DNA of 62,990 nt, counting the filler, from Platydemus manokwari (Eukaryota), in the NCBI GenBank assembly GCA_037951405.1. It is 6 parts of 6 records of this genome, joined end to end, with 100 filler letters (N's around TTAATTAATTAA, not from the genome) between each part and the next. Parts side by side here need not be neighbours in the genome. Positions count along the whole stretch, not along the records: positions 39,973 to 52,781 come from JBBMOY011960268.1; positions 52,882 to 62,990 come from JBBMOY011167991.1; 4 more parts are not named here. One strand, 5' to 3'. The translations under genes and the position numbers were made by a program. Under the pieces are notes generated by a model, which did no database searches, was not told the origin of the DNA, and saw only the letters and a program-made list of their open reading frames with translations. Each line of letters opens with the position of its first letter. Positions within the stretch are counted from its first letter, which is position 1. Below are positions 41,050-53,748 of this stretch, piece after piece.

Positions 41050-42450
41050 GATTGGTATTTGGCTAAATTTGACAATCATATTTATGATATATCGTCAATA
41101 TTACGCCAGGAAGGAGCATGATGTCGTAGAAATTATTCTGTACAGACTAAATTCATTCATATAAACTAATAAATTATATTTTTTTATAGATAGAAAAATT
41201 ACTCTTAGATGTTTAATCTTAATAAAATCAATTTTAGAACTGCTTTTTATATATGCTTTCCATTTATCCAAAATAAATTCGATAAATAAAGAATCCGTAT
41301 CCCCAAAATATATTTTATTTTTATCTTTGAATAATTTATCTAAAACTTCATAAACAAATCTATACATGATTTGTTTCGAGTATTCCAGAATGAAAAAACC
41401 TACATAATTAAATTTAGCAAACTTTATTGTGGGTTTTTTCATATGAGCTGCCGCTATTTGGAGCGTGAAGATTTTTACTCTTTTGAATGTTAGCTTTGGC
41501 GTTAGCAATTGAAATTCTCTAACAGTTGAAACGTTAGAAATATTCAATCTTTTCCTAACGTCTTCTAACGTTTTCTCACAAAAGGAATTATTTAAGAGTT
41601 TGCAAAACTCTTCACCAAATTTATCGCCTTTATTCTTTGCGATAGTTATTTGTTCAATATTGTGTTTATTGTAACACTCCAACCATCTCGATTTTTTTAA
41701 TTTTAGTTTTTTATGAACCTTTGTTAGAATCATTCCCTGATCTAAGAAATAATCTAAGAGAGAACCTTCTTCAATATAATTCCGTTTATTTTCAGAATAT
41801 AGACCAGTTCCATCTTTTAAAACATTAGGTCGATTATTTATTTGATACTCTGATAATAAATTATCATTAACTTTAAATTTCTCAGGACATAATGGAAAAT
41901 ATTTTGTTCTATCATCAATTTCTCTAGCATAATTCGAATCAACCTCGTAAATAAATCCTATTTCAGCAGAAGTTGTCCTTTCATATATAGAATCGACTTC
42001 TTCAATTTCACCCGTTGGTAGTGGTGAACTCATACATGTCGCATATAATGAATTAGCGTCATAATATTTAGACATTCTTTCCTTAAAATAATGCAAGATG
42101 TCAAAATTTCTTTTTTGGAATTCTTTATTATTTGATCCCATTCATGTTTTTCTGGTTTATAATGATTATCAAAAATTTTATTTGTTATTCCATTATTTGA
42201 AATAACTTTTCTATTTTCATGAACTTATCTTATTCCTCCACGAATTCCTTTTTCAATTAATGATAATTGATTATAAGTTTCTGGTTTAAAATATTTTAGT
42301 TTAACTTTTGCATATTTTAAACCAGCAGGCCATGATAATCCCAGCGTATTTAACAATAGTCAGGATCTATTCCATAATGATTTAAGCAGGTATCTCTTAA
42401 TTTCTCAAAGAAATCTGCTAAAATTAATACATCTGTTTTCATATAAACAT
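41050..42450 (-). mobile_element. Maverick/Polinton-type protein-primed DNA polymerase B, pseudogenised fragment
   Basis: The upstream broken frame reads LYMKTDVLILADFFEKLRDTCLNHYGIDP..GLSW..GLK...IEKGIRGGI (42450-42230). ORF 41101-42141 has motif A YYDANSLYATCM, PLCPEK, motif B KLLNNSFCEK (YG lost), YVGFFILEYSK and motif C YFGDTDSLF. No TIR, capsid, integrase or ATPase genes seen. Confidence 0.88.
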
Positions 42451-43300
42451 GTAATAAACATAATTAATAAAAAGATATTGAAATTACTGGAACATATCAA
42501 AACAGGATAAAATAACGAATGTTTGTGTTGCGCAAATGATAGCAAACTGGAATTAATTGGTAAAATAACAATGATAGTCGAAGCAGAAATGCAAACTAAC
42601 AATGTATCATTTATAGTTGTCGAACACATGTCACATACAAAGGATATTTGGAATAAATTAATAAGAATAATAAGAATAATAAGGAAGAAAAAAGGACAGA
42701 CACAATCCAATTTGTGAGACAATAGATAAATTCGATAGGAATACTACTGATCAAGACGGATTTAAGAAAACTAATAACAAGAATGTATTTATGGCAAGTC
42801 ACTGGCATATAGGCTGTACAAAATTAGTGCAACACAAAATTGCAACGAATGACAATCCAAAATATATCAAATCTTGGAGAACATCGATGGATTTTGAAGA
42901 AAAAAAATATAAAGAAATTCAGAATTTGTGACAAAATAACATCATAAGACAAAGTTTCTCACCTTACAATACTCCAATTTATGACTTGATTTCAGATAAT
43001 TAAATTTTATAACAAAAAGACATTCGTTTCTAATGCCGAATGTATTTTACATTAATTGACTTAGGTAATGCATACTAGCAAATAAAGGAAGAAGAAAAAT
43101 CTCAAGAAAAAGCAACAATTTCAACAAAAAATGGTCAGTACTGTTTCACATGGATGCCATTTGGAATAGCAGCTGCACCTGGTAATTTTCAAGACCTAAT
43201 GACATAAGTAATGACAGGCATGAGAGATAAAAATTCAATGGCCTACTTAGACGATACACTAATATTTTCAAAAACTATAGAAGAACATTATAAAACATTA
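42450..43300 (+). mobile_element. Gypsy PR-RT fragment, same family as 38650-39600
   Basis: Near-identical blocks with the 38.6-39.6 kb copy (gatattgaaattactggaacatatcaaaa; gacttaggtaatgcata; tagacgata.actaatattttcaaaaactata). Motifs MPFGIAAAPGNFQ and YLDD. Confidence 0.85.
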
Positions 43301-44350
43301 TATCTAAGTAATTCAGGAATCTTGCTGATTTCCTATTTCTTGTATACCTCTTGTTTACCTAGTCTGTTTTTATTAGTGTCTCTTTCTTGAATCACCATTT
43401 CTGTTGATGGTGCTTAGCCGCTTGTCAATACTTTCAATACTGATATCATTGTCCCTTGCAGCACTATCGTTGGCGATATTATCTATATTTCCGGTTTTCT
43501 TCAACTTCTTGCTATAAAGCTTATAAGTTGATGCATTTATTTTCTCTAAATCTTAAACGGGTTTACAAATTCTTTACCAAAATGTTAGTAAAAGAAATTG
43601 TCAACCGTCACTGTATTACTTACCGATAATTTGTCGGAATATTTCCCTTGATTATAGTATACTGCTTGTTTCACTATCTGATTCTTATTATGCATCTGCA
43701 CTTCTTCAAAAAAATTTTTATTGTGATTAAAAATTCTTCAATAGTTTTCCTTTTATATAACTTTGCTTCATTAATAAATAGCCTTCGTTTACTCTATCCA
43801 AACATGTCCTAACTTATCATGGATCTTTTGGACACATGTTTTAATATCCCATTGAGGTACCACATACAAATAAAGTTCATTCTTATTTTTGTATAATGTA
43901 TCACCTCTAATTCTTAAGTATTTCTCCGGATTTTACATATTCTTATAACGTGCAAATTTGGTGAATATTTGGCAATTCCGCTGAGAATTCCATCTTCCTT
44001 TTTTCATCTTTATTCTGATCTAAAATCTTGTCTTTCATATCTTCTTTACAAGGTACTTCGCTTTTTTCATAGTCTTTCATTATATTACGTCTTTTTTGTT
44101 AGTTTTGATGCCCGATAAGGCATTGTTGATATGTTCTTTCCCTTTTCTATATTCTCTTTTCATTTCTAATATTCTTAGGTTTGCTTTTCTTACACAATAT
44201 TGTTAATCCAAAATACAGCAACCTTTTCATAGTTACTTGATCAGTTGTGATAATAAATTTGTTACCAATTAGGTAATTCTTAAATTCCTAAGATGCAGAT
44301 AGCTACGACTTTTTCCTTGTTATATAATATTTAACATTGTCAATATTCTT
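43300..44350 (-). mobile_element. Gypsy RNase H-integrase fragment, opposite orientation
   Basis: Minus strand: FKNYLIGNKFIITTDQ (RNase H, ~44240-44290) and YVVPQWDIKTCVQKIHDKLGH (integrase zinc-binding, ~43800-43870). Confidence 0.8.
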
Positions 44351-44443
44351 GATCGGTATGCTTTCACTAATTCTTCACCTTTTTGTATTTCAGAAAACAC
44401 AGTGATATAGCACCAAAAGATGAACCCTCATCAGACTATTATT

Positions 44444-44832
44444 ATCCTCAGGATTCAGTTTATCATCTAAGTTCTGTTCAATGTTTTATAATATTTCATC
44501 TATTCTACATTCTCTCTTCAGGGAACATAAATTATATAAACCAAATAAAGTCCCAATGCCGTATACATTTTGTTATTTATCTCTTCTACCCAACCTAAAT
44601 TCATTCCAGTATAAGCTTCAACCTTACTAAAATATATCCGTTATTTATTCTAAGCAACGAATCGGCTATTATCAAATAGACCTTCACTGTGTTTCTCATA
44701 TCTCTGCTACAAAAATACTTCACGGAACTTTCGACTTTTCTGCTGTTTCAGTCAATAACCATAGCATATACAAAGTAATCACCATCCCATAACAGCATCT
44801 CACTCGCTAATGTTACTCGTTTATTATTCTGG
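44444..44832 (-). mobile_element. Gypsy protease-RT linker fragment, same family as 60924-61340
   Basis: Direct similarity with 60924-61340 (ttatcctcaggatt.agtttatcatctaagttctgttcaatgtttta; tctcttctacccaacctaaattcattccagtataa; ttactcgtttattattctgg). Confidence 0.75.
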
Positions 44833-45072
44833 ATTTCTGTTTCTATTTCCGTTGCATTGCGACCACTAAACTCTACATCTAACAGTTTAAAGATTTGATC
44901 TTGGTTTAAGAAACAAAAAGTGCCTCAGTTCCTTTTACCTTTACGAAAACCTTACTATTTAAGAGCGAAATCTTATCGACATTTGTTCGACAAAATCTTT
45001 GAATATGCTGACGACCACATTGAAAGCAATTAGTAGCCTACAAAACGAGTACAATGTACTTTCTGTTTACAC

Positions 45073-45405
45073 TTGAAACTAATATATGAGGCCACCGAAG
45101 GAAGAGCTTTTAAAGAGAGTCTTAGAAAAGCGTTCGAACCTAAAATAAACCTCGCTGCAGATCTTGATCCGGCATTAAGATTCCTGAAAGGAAAGGAAGC
45201 AATTTGCAATCAATCCTTCGAAAAAATCGAGAAACTAACAGACAATAATCTTCGGCCTAAATTAACCAAGCCGTCATTAATTATGTTTTTGACTCAAAAC
45301 GTAATTGAAGATGTGGAAATTAACAAAATAGATGGAAATCGTGGACCTATAAACAGTGCATCAAGCAAGATTATTATTGTGGGTATTTCTGAAAATTTAT
45401 CCTAA
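45073..45405 (+). mobile_element. Possible retroelement gag-like remnant
   Basis: Charged helical 110-aa ORF (FKESLRKAFEPK...) without an ATG start, lying in a TE cluster; no diagnostic motif. Confidence 0.3.
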
Positions 45406-46302
45406 TAAATTAATAATTAATTTAATAACTCATAATTATATATTAATATATTAATTAATTTATTAATGTATAAAAATGCCACTTTATTGTACCCTTTGTT
45501 TATCTGAATTGAAATAAACAATTACATACTCTTTCTGGTTAATTATATGATATCAATTATTGTTGTTGAATTATTATTATTTTATTTTAATAAATAATTA
45601 TTATATTAATAATATGAATTCATTTCTGATAATAATAATTGTTGATGACATTCATCTTTTGATGAAATAATAATTTTGTTTTAATCTCTTCGCTGGTAAA
45701 TGGTTTTATTTTATCGATTAGTTTGTTGATAAATATCTAAAATATCGAAAACCACACAAGATTTGGTCTAGAGCAAGACAAAAATTGCGCATCATGATGA
45801 AAACACAGCAAAATTATACCGCATTGACTAATTATATACGATTTCTCCATACGATTTCATATTCTGTACCAATAATAAATCGGATTCTCTAATCTCTGAT
45901 TAATTTATTAAATCTTTCTGGTTTTTAGTTACTCTGTTAATTCTCTACCCATGGGCATCATCATACACCCTGAGCTTTCTAGCTTTTATATTTCTTCTCT
46001 ACTGTTCCGGGTTTTGATTTTCAACTTTGCTCAGAAACACATTGACTATTAAATAATTCTAAAACTGGTTTGGTTTTTGATCGATTTAAAATTTTAGATG
46101 AATTGATGGCCTTTAGGAGTTGTCAATCGAACGAATTGTATTACATAACGGATAAAATGGAATGATTGATCAAGTATATATATATGCTATTGTTGATTTA
46201 TTCGTATAATTCAGTTAATATCTCATTTTTTAAGATGCTTAATAGTGACAAAACATGTTTTAAAAACCGAGTTTCCATTCCAATCACAAGAATTCGATAT
46301 GA

Positions 46303-46690
46303 TTATTTGAGTTTTTAAATTTAAATTTTTATAATTATAAGTCGAGTTAGTTAATTACAGACATGTTTAATATTATCATTGCTTATTTTTATAAAATAAT
46401 TGTAAAAATTGAGAATATCTCTCAATTTACTTATAATGTTAAAAAAGGGAGTCCTCGCTAATTTTCAAAAAATTTCAATTCAACATCCTTATTTCATTTT
46501 TTCAAATAATCAAATTTCAAGAAATTTTTAAGCTCTAGGCTACTTAATAATTAATTTCAAATAACTAAAACTCTTCTTAAGTACTTAAATAAAAAAAACA
46601 AAATGTTTTTACAGAAAATAACTAAATAAACTATATAGATTTTTGCAATACACTCAACAAATTTAAAATTTCATTTCAAGATCCTTTTTT
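46303..46690 (+). repeat. Dispersed AT-rich repeat B, copy 1 (similar to 58972-59300)
   Basis: Shares ttatttgagtttt, aatatctctcaa.tt.ctt.taatgttaaaaaa.ggagtcc and taaataaactatatagatttttgc..tacactcaaca with copy 2 on another contig. Confidence 0.8.
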
Positions 46691-48075
46691 ATAACTTTAG
46701 CCAGTATTTTTAAAATTTTGTTTATAATAATTATTTGATAAAACTTATAATTATAAGTAGGGGATTAAATTTATTTATCGATTATATTTTTATCATTTAT
46801 CCGTGAGTTTAATAAAATAAATTATTACTTTTAAATTTCTAGTTAATTGTATAACTAGATAACTTGAAGGACCAGTAACATCTTATGAAACCCTATTTAC
46901 AAACCCACCAAGATATTTGTTTTCAAAAACAAATGAAAATAAATAAACAAATTCCAAAACTCACAAAATTCTCAAGCACAAACAAAATTTCATTCAACTA
47001 ACAATTATCATTTATAAGAGCTGATGGAATGGGTTCTAGAATTATTCACCAAAATGATAATCGAAACATCAAATAATATACAATAATGCTCAACGGTGAA
47101 CAAAACACGCAAATCATGAAGCATAAATTGATCGATAATCGATCTGAGTTCAACAATTTAATTAATTTTTTCTGTTATTTTCTTTTTGTGATTCTCTCGG
47201 ACCATATTGAATTCATTTACATCATGTGTATGACCACCCCATTATTATATTGAGAACATGTGTCCAAGAATATATTTTTGAGGAACGTTTGGGGAAAAAC
47301 ATGTATGCCTGTATCATCGTTGCAGTATCATGAGAATAAACCGAATCTTGACTTGAAATTTGATATCACAAATTTTCATTTTATAATACTTTAAAATGTC
47401 TGGTGTGATTTAGGTTTTGAAAAATATGTTGCTACGTTAGGACGTCAAACAGCAGTGAAAGCTTATATGAAATCCATTGAAATATTATTTACCAGATCAA
47501 AATTCCATAAATCTTTTCAATGTAAATTTTAGCTTTACATGCTCCTGGTGCTCATAAAATAGAATAAATAGAATTTTTGTCAGTATAAGGAATATGTGTG
47601 TATTTCTGTCAATCACTACACGTTGTTCATCGATAGACCGATTTCAATGTCCTTTTAGATCATCAGTATTGGTTTGTAACTCGAATATCCATTTCATAAT
47701 TCGTTCACATTTGTATTAGGGCTCAATGAAACTTTTCTCCACAACACTCTGACTTACATCTTGACCATAAAAACCTGTTACAGTTATATTTTGGCTCCCA
47801 TATCAATACATCTTAAATCGACACATACAAACAAATTAATTGATCCAATAAACAATTACCAGATTTATTTCTCTTAAATTGATTTTCCAATAATTTTGTT
47901 CGATTTATGAAAAATATTCCGTATTCAATGACCATGTGCTATGTATTTAAAACAATAAATCCATAAGAAACCAATGGAATTCATCCTTGAATTCCGTGTT
48001 CTTTTAATCTCAATAAACAAAACAACACAATAACAAGTGGTAACAGAGAAAACAACAAAGATTTTCTTCTCTATC

Positions 48076-50506
48076 ATGTACTTGACAACAAACGGTGAGA
48101 AAATTTTGGTTTTCTAAAGGATAAGTGCTCTTTTAATATTTTTAAACGATCGTTTTTATGATTTATTTAAAAATATTATTTAAAATTTAATAGCTTCTGA
48201 TCACCTAGGTAATTGTTTAACTAAAAATTTAAACAGAATATTTTAATATTGATTTTTGAATTATTTTCTCCAATCAAGTCTCTATAAATAGCCATTTTCA
48301 GCTGAAGTGGTAAACAATTCTCATTCATCAAATGCATCACAATTCATTGTCAAACAATCTGTATTATTGATTGATGAATATATTGAAAGAAAGTACTGGA
48401 AAAATAATTCCTATCCACAATTTGGGTCTTTTTTCTTAAAAGTAAATATTGAGCAGAGAATTTCGTGTTTGAGAAATTCCAAATACAAGCCAGGCTCTGT
48501 GAGAAACTTGTCTTGTAATAATTACTATCTCCCTATCCATCGAGTTTCTTTTTCATTTTTGGTATCAATACGATGTCAGAATTTATTGATTAGAATTTCA
48601 ATTTATTCAATGAGAGGCGGCAAATTGTCAAGTGTTCACAAATTTGCTCGAAAGGATTCCAAATGGAAATATTTACAAAAAGGCAAACAATCGAACTTAT
48701 CGATTTTTGAAATTCTGACTAATGGTTGTTTCGATACCGATTGGAGAAGTTATTGCGTCAACAGAATCAACGGATTTTCATGTAGTTATTGGCTTGAATT
48801 GGACGAAATGGGCAATTTGGGTTTGGTCGATGAAAATAGTGAGTAGTATTCGAAATTTTTATTTAATTATTATAACATTTTTAAACAAATGATTTACATT
48901 TTATAATTTGATGAATCTTCAAATCTCAAAGTCACGAAAAAATCATCTCAAATCGTCTTGATCATATCTTAGTGTAAATTATAAATTATAATTTCTATAG
49001 TTAATTAATCGAAGTATTTGTTCTAATTTTATTTATTTTTATTAAAATATTCATAACCAAGTTCATATTACATCATTTTCATTATTCTGAATTGACTATT
49101 ATGCTTTTCTCCAAAGGTTTCAATATTTTGATATATATTTTAATTCCTATTTTTTTAATATTTTGAATTACATCTTTATCTAAAAGCTTATTTAATAATG
49201 CTAGTAGATTTTTGAATATATATTATGTATTTCAGATGACACAATTGAAAATTCACCAATTCCTATTTCTTTTGAATCAAACCGTTTCTGTGAATCAAGT
49301 GCCATTGATCCGGGACATCTTCCAATCAGTATCTTCGCAAAAATTCTTATCAGTATGTTCGTTACAATTGTGACTATTCTCAACTTCCTCACTTTGCTGA
49401 ATATGAGAAAATTGGCTCATATTTATCTACCAATCTGTCATTATTTCACGTACATCTGTATCTTCGATCAAATCGACTGTTTGATTCTATCTGTTGATTG
49501 GCTGGTAGCTATTTTTACCAAATATCAACCTTTGCAAATCTTACAGTTAATCAATCAATCGTCTTGCCAAATGATTCCGATGCTATTTTCAATTTGTCGA
49601 CATTTGACATCCGGATTGACTATTGGAATTGCCATTGATTTGTGGAGATTTATTCAGTGTCCAGTTCATTTTCTGGCCGGTTATCGCAGCGAATGGGTGA
49701 AGAATGTCTTCATCATGTGTATGGTGCTGGTTTGTACCATTAATTGCCAATTTTTCTGGACTTTTGATCTCAATCATGGAGAAAATAAACCACTAAATGG
49801 GAGAATAATTTCGAATTATTTGGAATGTGATTTTTCTAATACATTGCCTCTCAATACGATGTTTACCCAGTTTATTTGGCCTATCACAGATCATGCTTTG
49901 TCGGAAATATTACCATTTGTTTCGGCTTTATTCGCAATTATTTTCTCATTTTACCTAGTCCGCAATAAATTTCCAGAAAACTATTCGATTAATCTTAATA
50001 AAGTACTGATAAATGCTCCACTAGTTCTCCATCTTACGAAATGCCTCTTAGGATTTCTAAGTGTCAATTTGTTATTCAATTTATTACCGAGAATCATATA
50101 TTTCATGATAAAACTATCACTTCACAATTATATTTCTGGGTTCCTAGCTACGAAATCATCAAATATCAATTTCATTAATCAAAACTGGCCATTCTTTGGC
50201 CGTAAAAGTGCATTTAGTGAGAATTATACCTATTTAATCCCCTTTGGGAAATACATGAAATATCAGTCGTTGTTTAATGTATTGTTGAGGTTTGTGTACT
50301 TTACCATAACAATGAAAGAATTTCGTAAAAATTCACTCCAGATAATTTCGATATTAAATCTGAGAAACGTATTTCCTAAAAGAAAAATCAGCAGCACTTT
50401 AACGATGGAAAAACTCTTCACGAATTCTTCAGCCAATCAAGATGTACTTAATCTAAATAAAGACTATAACAAACGACAATCTTTGTTGGTAGAAATTTAT
50501 TGTTAA
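48076..50506 (+). CDS. Rhodopsin-class orphan GPCR (invertebrate peptide-receptor-like) with a long N-terminal extension; exons 48076-48094, 48302-48838, 49236-50506 (~608 aa)
   Basis: 7TM region in ORF 49355-50506: N in TM1, D in TM2, C before TM3, IAIDLWRFIQCP at the DRY position, INCQFFWT, WPITD...ILPF and LLP in TM6. Phase-1 donor/acceptor pairs AACG|gtgaga...ttttcag|CT and AATA|gtgagt...atttcag|AT join the exons in frame. The GPCR call is firm; the 5' exons are inferred. Confidence 0.75.
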
Positions 50507-52781
50507 AAATTTTTATTTAAAATTTTAGTTGATATTATCAGATAAGTTTCTTTAATTTTCTTTGATTTTTAATAAATTGAAAAATTTATATTTATAATTC
50601 TATGTCTAAATATAATTCATATTATTGTCTTTAATTTATAATTCTGTAACTGACTAATTGGTAGGATTAAAAATGAAAACCATTTACTAGATCATATTAA
50701 TTATAATTTTTAAAAATACAGATGGAACCACTAAATAAACCAAAAGAGGTTGCAATTCAAACAAAATTGATTAGATGAAATTGTGATGAATGGTTGTTTA
50801 ATAAAATTATAAATCCGAATATTATTCTGAATTCATTTATATAGGTCACAAGAATGCTCTCAATACAAGTGAATGCATTGCGATTATTTCTAACAAATGT
50901 AAAATTTAAAATATGTTGCAAAATATACAAAACATTAATATTTGTCGACAGTAGAAAACGCTACAGTCCTTAATTAAAACAATTTTTCCCTTTTACACAG
51001 TTCAAATTTTACACATTTAATTTTATAAAAATGGAATAATAACTGACTCGAAGAGAGTCGACCTGTCAACACTTTAAATTATTCAACATAGCGTTCTTAG
51101 TATAAAATATTGCTGCCAAATAAAACTAACTTTCGTTTTGTGGGTTTGAATTTCTTATTATGTCAACAAAATCATCGATAATTCCTTCTGCAAGGTTTAT
51201 TTACTAAAAATATTTAATTTTCTCCCAGTTCACTTTTAATTTTAATTTGTTGCGAATAAATTTTTTCTTTCTTATCCAGTCAGTATGATTTTTTATTATT
51301 ATACATTTACTGGATTTTTTGGGTAATTTATCAACCTTTTAATATCGTTCTGTCATGCATTCATTACTCAAAAAGTTGAATATCAAAAGCCTCTGGAAAA
51401 TTCCCCCATGATCTTCTCTAGATCTTTTAAAATTTGTTTCGAAAAAATTTTAGCAAGTTTTTTATTTGTTTACATCATTTGAACTTCTTCAAATATTTAT
51501 CAATGCGGTTTTTAATAAAGCCTTTTTATTTTATCAATTTTATTCTAGATAGACCAGAACGCAGGAAAAGTATTTTGCTTTTCATATCTATAACAAGAAT
51601 AACTTCTAGCATTGTGATTCTGGTGATAAGGATCTTCCCTTTTTAACTGATAAAAAAGTAGATGGTTTTTAAAGTAGTCCTAAAGAAATGTGTAGATGTA
51701 TCCAAAGAAGTCAGATAAAGATATTTTACTCACAGGAAATGATGAAAGAATTTAATAACCCCTGATAAGGAATAAGAAAGGCTCAAGCTGCTGGAGGAAA
51801 GAGACCAATTGAATTATCTAAATTTAGCCAAGACTAACGGAAAAGAGAGTGGTATCAAAGCAGACACTAATTTCAACAAAATGTCCGAAGGTTGCCAATA
51901 TTTCCGAGATGGAGATATATTATCAACTCTCATACCTCGGCTATGTCTGCAATATGGTAGGAAAAGAAAGAAAATTAAATAGTAAAAACTTTTAAATGAA
52001 CCAATAATAAGCAATAGATGATTTACTAAACAGGCTATATGATAGAAATAGAAATGTAAAAATAGAACTGTAAATAAAGCAGTATTGAGAATTGTTTGTT
52101 CATTTTTTAAATATATGTTCTGAGATTGTAAAAACTCGAAATTTTGCAGTGATTACATGATAAGTTCAAAGTCTAACATTGTAATTTTAAGTAAATAAAC
52201 TATGATAATAGAAAACAATAAATAAATGGTTAATAAGAAACATAAACTATAAATAAAAAATTAAAATATTAATGTAGTAGTTTAGATCAAACTTAGCATA
52301 TACATGTTTCATGTATTTTCTATTGTAGATTATGCTTATTTTTATAAGTTTTTGTTTTATTATGAGTTGAATCTGTATTCATATTTCAACCGTACTGAGT
52401 TACTTAATCAAAGGTAAAGTATTTGTAAAAGTATCTAAACAAATTGTTAGGTTATTATGCATTGTGGATTGTTCCTAATTATTTTCTAATTGCTTTATTA
52501 GTATTTTAAAAATTACTATTTTTCTTAAGCAGATTAATTTATCGACAAGTTTCATCAAAAAAAGATCAATTCAATTCACGAATTTTTCAAAATTAATTTT
52601 TTTGAATAATAAATCAAATAGTTCAAGAGAATAATATTTATATATTCATCTATTATTTAATATTATAATTGCATATCTAGATAATTAAATTAATATTTAA
52701 AATAAATCGAAAATCAACATGAAGATTTCACTACCATGTTTATTTTATAATTGGTTTTATAAAGTATAAAACACATATTGA

Positions 52782-52881
52782 NNNNNNNNNNNNNNNNNNN
52801 NNNNNNNNNNNNNNNNNNNNNNNNNTTAATTAATTAANNNNNNNNNNNNNNNNNNNNNNNNNNNNNNNNNNNNNNNNNNNN
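52782..52881. other. Artificial contig spacer
   Basis: Same spacer structure. Confidence 0.97.
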
Positions 52882-53019
52882 AAAACAACAAAACACAATA
52901 TAATTTATACTCACATATTTATACTCATTGATATTAATTATTATTCACTGATTAATGAACTTCATTTCTTATTTCTTATTAATCGGTTTCATTATAAGAA
53001 TATGGCATAAGTAGCTCGT

Positions 53020-53748
53020 GATGTTAAATTTTCGCTTGCAGATAGTGTTTATAGTTAGTGATGCAATAGTGTGCCAGAGTAGTGCCAAAGCTTGTCAAGA
53101 ATTTCAACATTTCAATCGCACACCACTAGCTAGGGCACAACAGTGCAATATTGGAAACAGAAGTTTGAAGAAACTGGAAACTTATCCACTAGGTTGCGAT
53201 CAGGAAGACTGTGCGATGAAATCATGAAGGAAAAGGTGGTAAATTTTGTAAAAGAAAATGATGGCACAAATCAATGAGGAACTGCACGAATGTGTATGAC
53301 TTGACAAACTCTTGTTCACAGATATCTCAAGGAAGAAACAAATAAAACCTTTCAAATATTCTTTTAATCAAGCATTGGGAGAAAATGATTCCGATAGGAG
53401 GATTGTATTCTGTTCTCGAATAATCAACGAAAACAATGTCAATTCCCATTGAAAGACTATTTTCGCAGATGAAGCTGCGTTTTATCTGAACGGCTCGTAA
53501 GAAAAAAAACAATCATTTAATTAATTAATAACGATCAAGAAGTCGTCAATAAATGTTATTCAATCTTTCGGAAACGATGCAATATCTGTTTGGAGCAAAA
53601 TGATGAACAATTTGAACAGTTGCTATGAAATTGCTTATTAATTACCGTTATTGTGTTTTGTTGTGCATTTAAGTAACTCAATACATTTAGTTTGTTCTTA
53701 CTGTTGTTTTATTTTAGTTTTAGAAACGGAGACTTATGAATCGCACGG
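53020..53748 (+). mobile_element. Internally deleted Tc1/mariner-superfamily transposon relic
   Basis: Broken frames contain KFEETG (~53161), D..RRIVFC (~53390) and the first catalytic motif IFADEAAFYLNG (53459-53494). The right end ...gacttatgaatcgcacgg is followed by a TA run. Confidence 0.7.
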
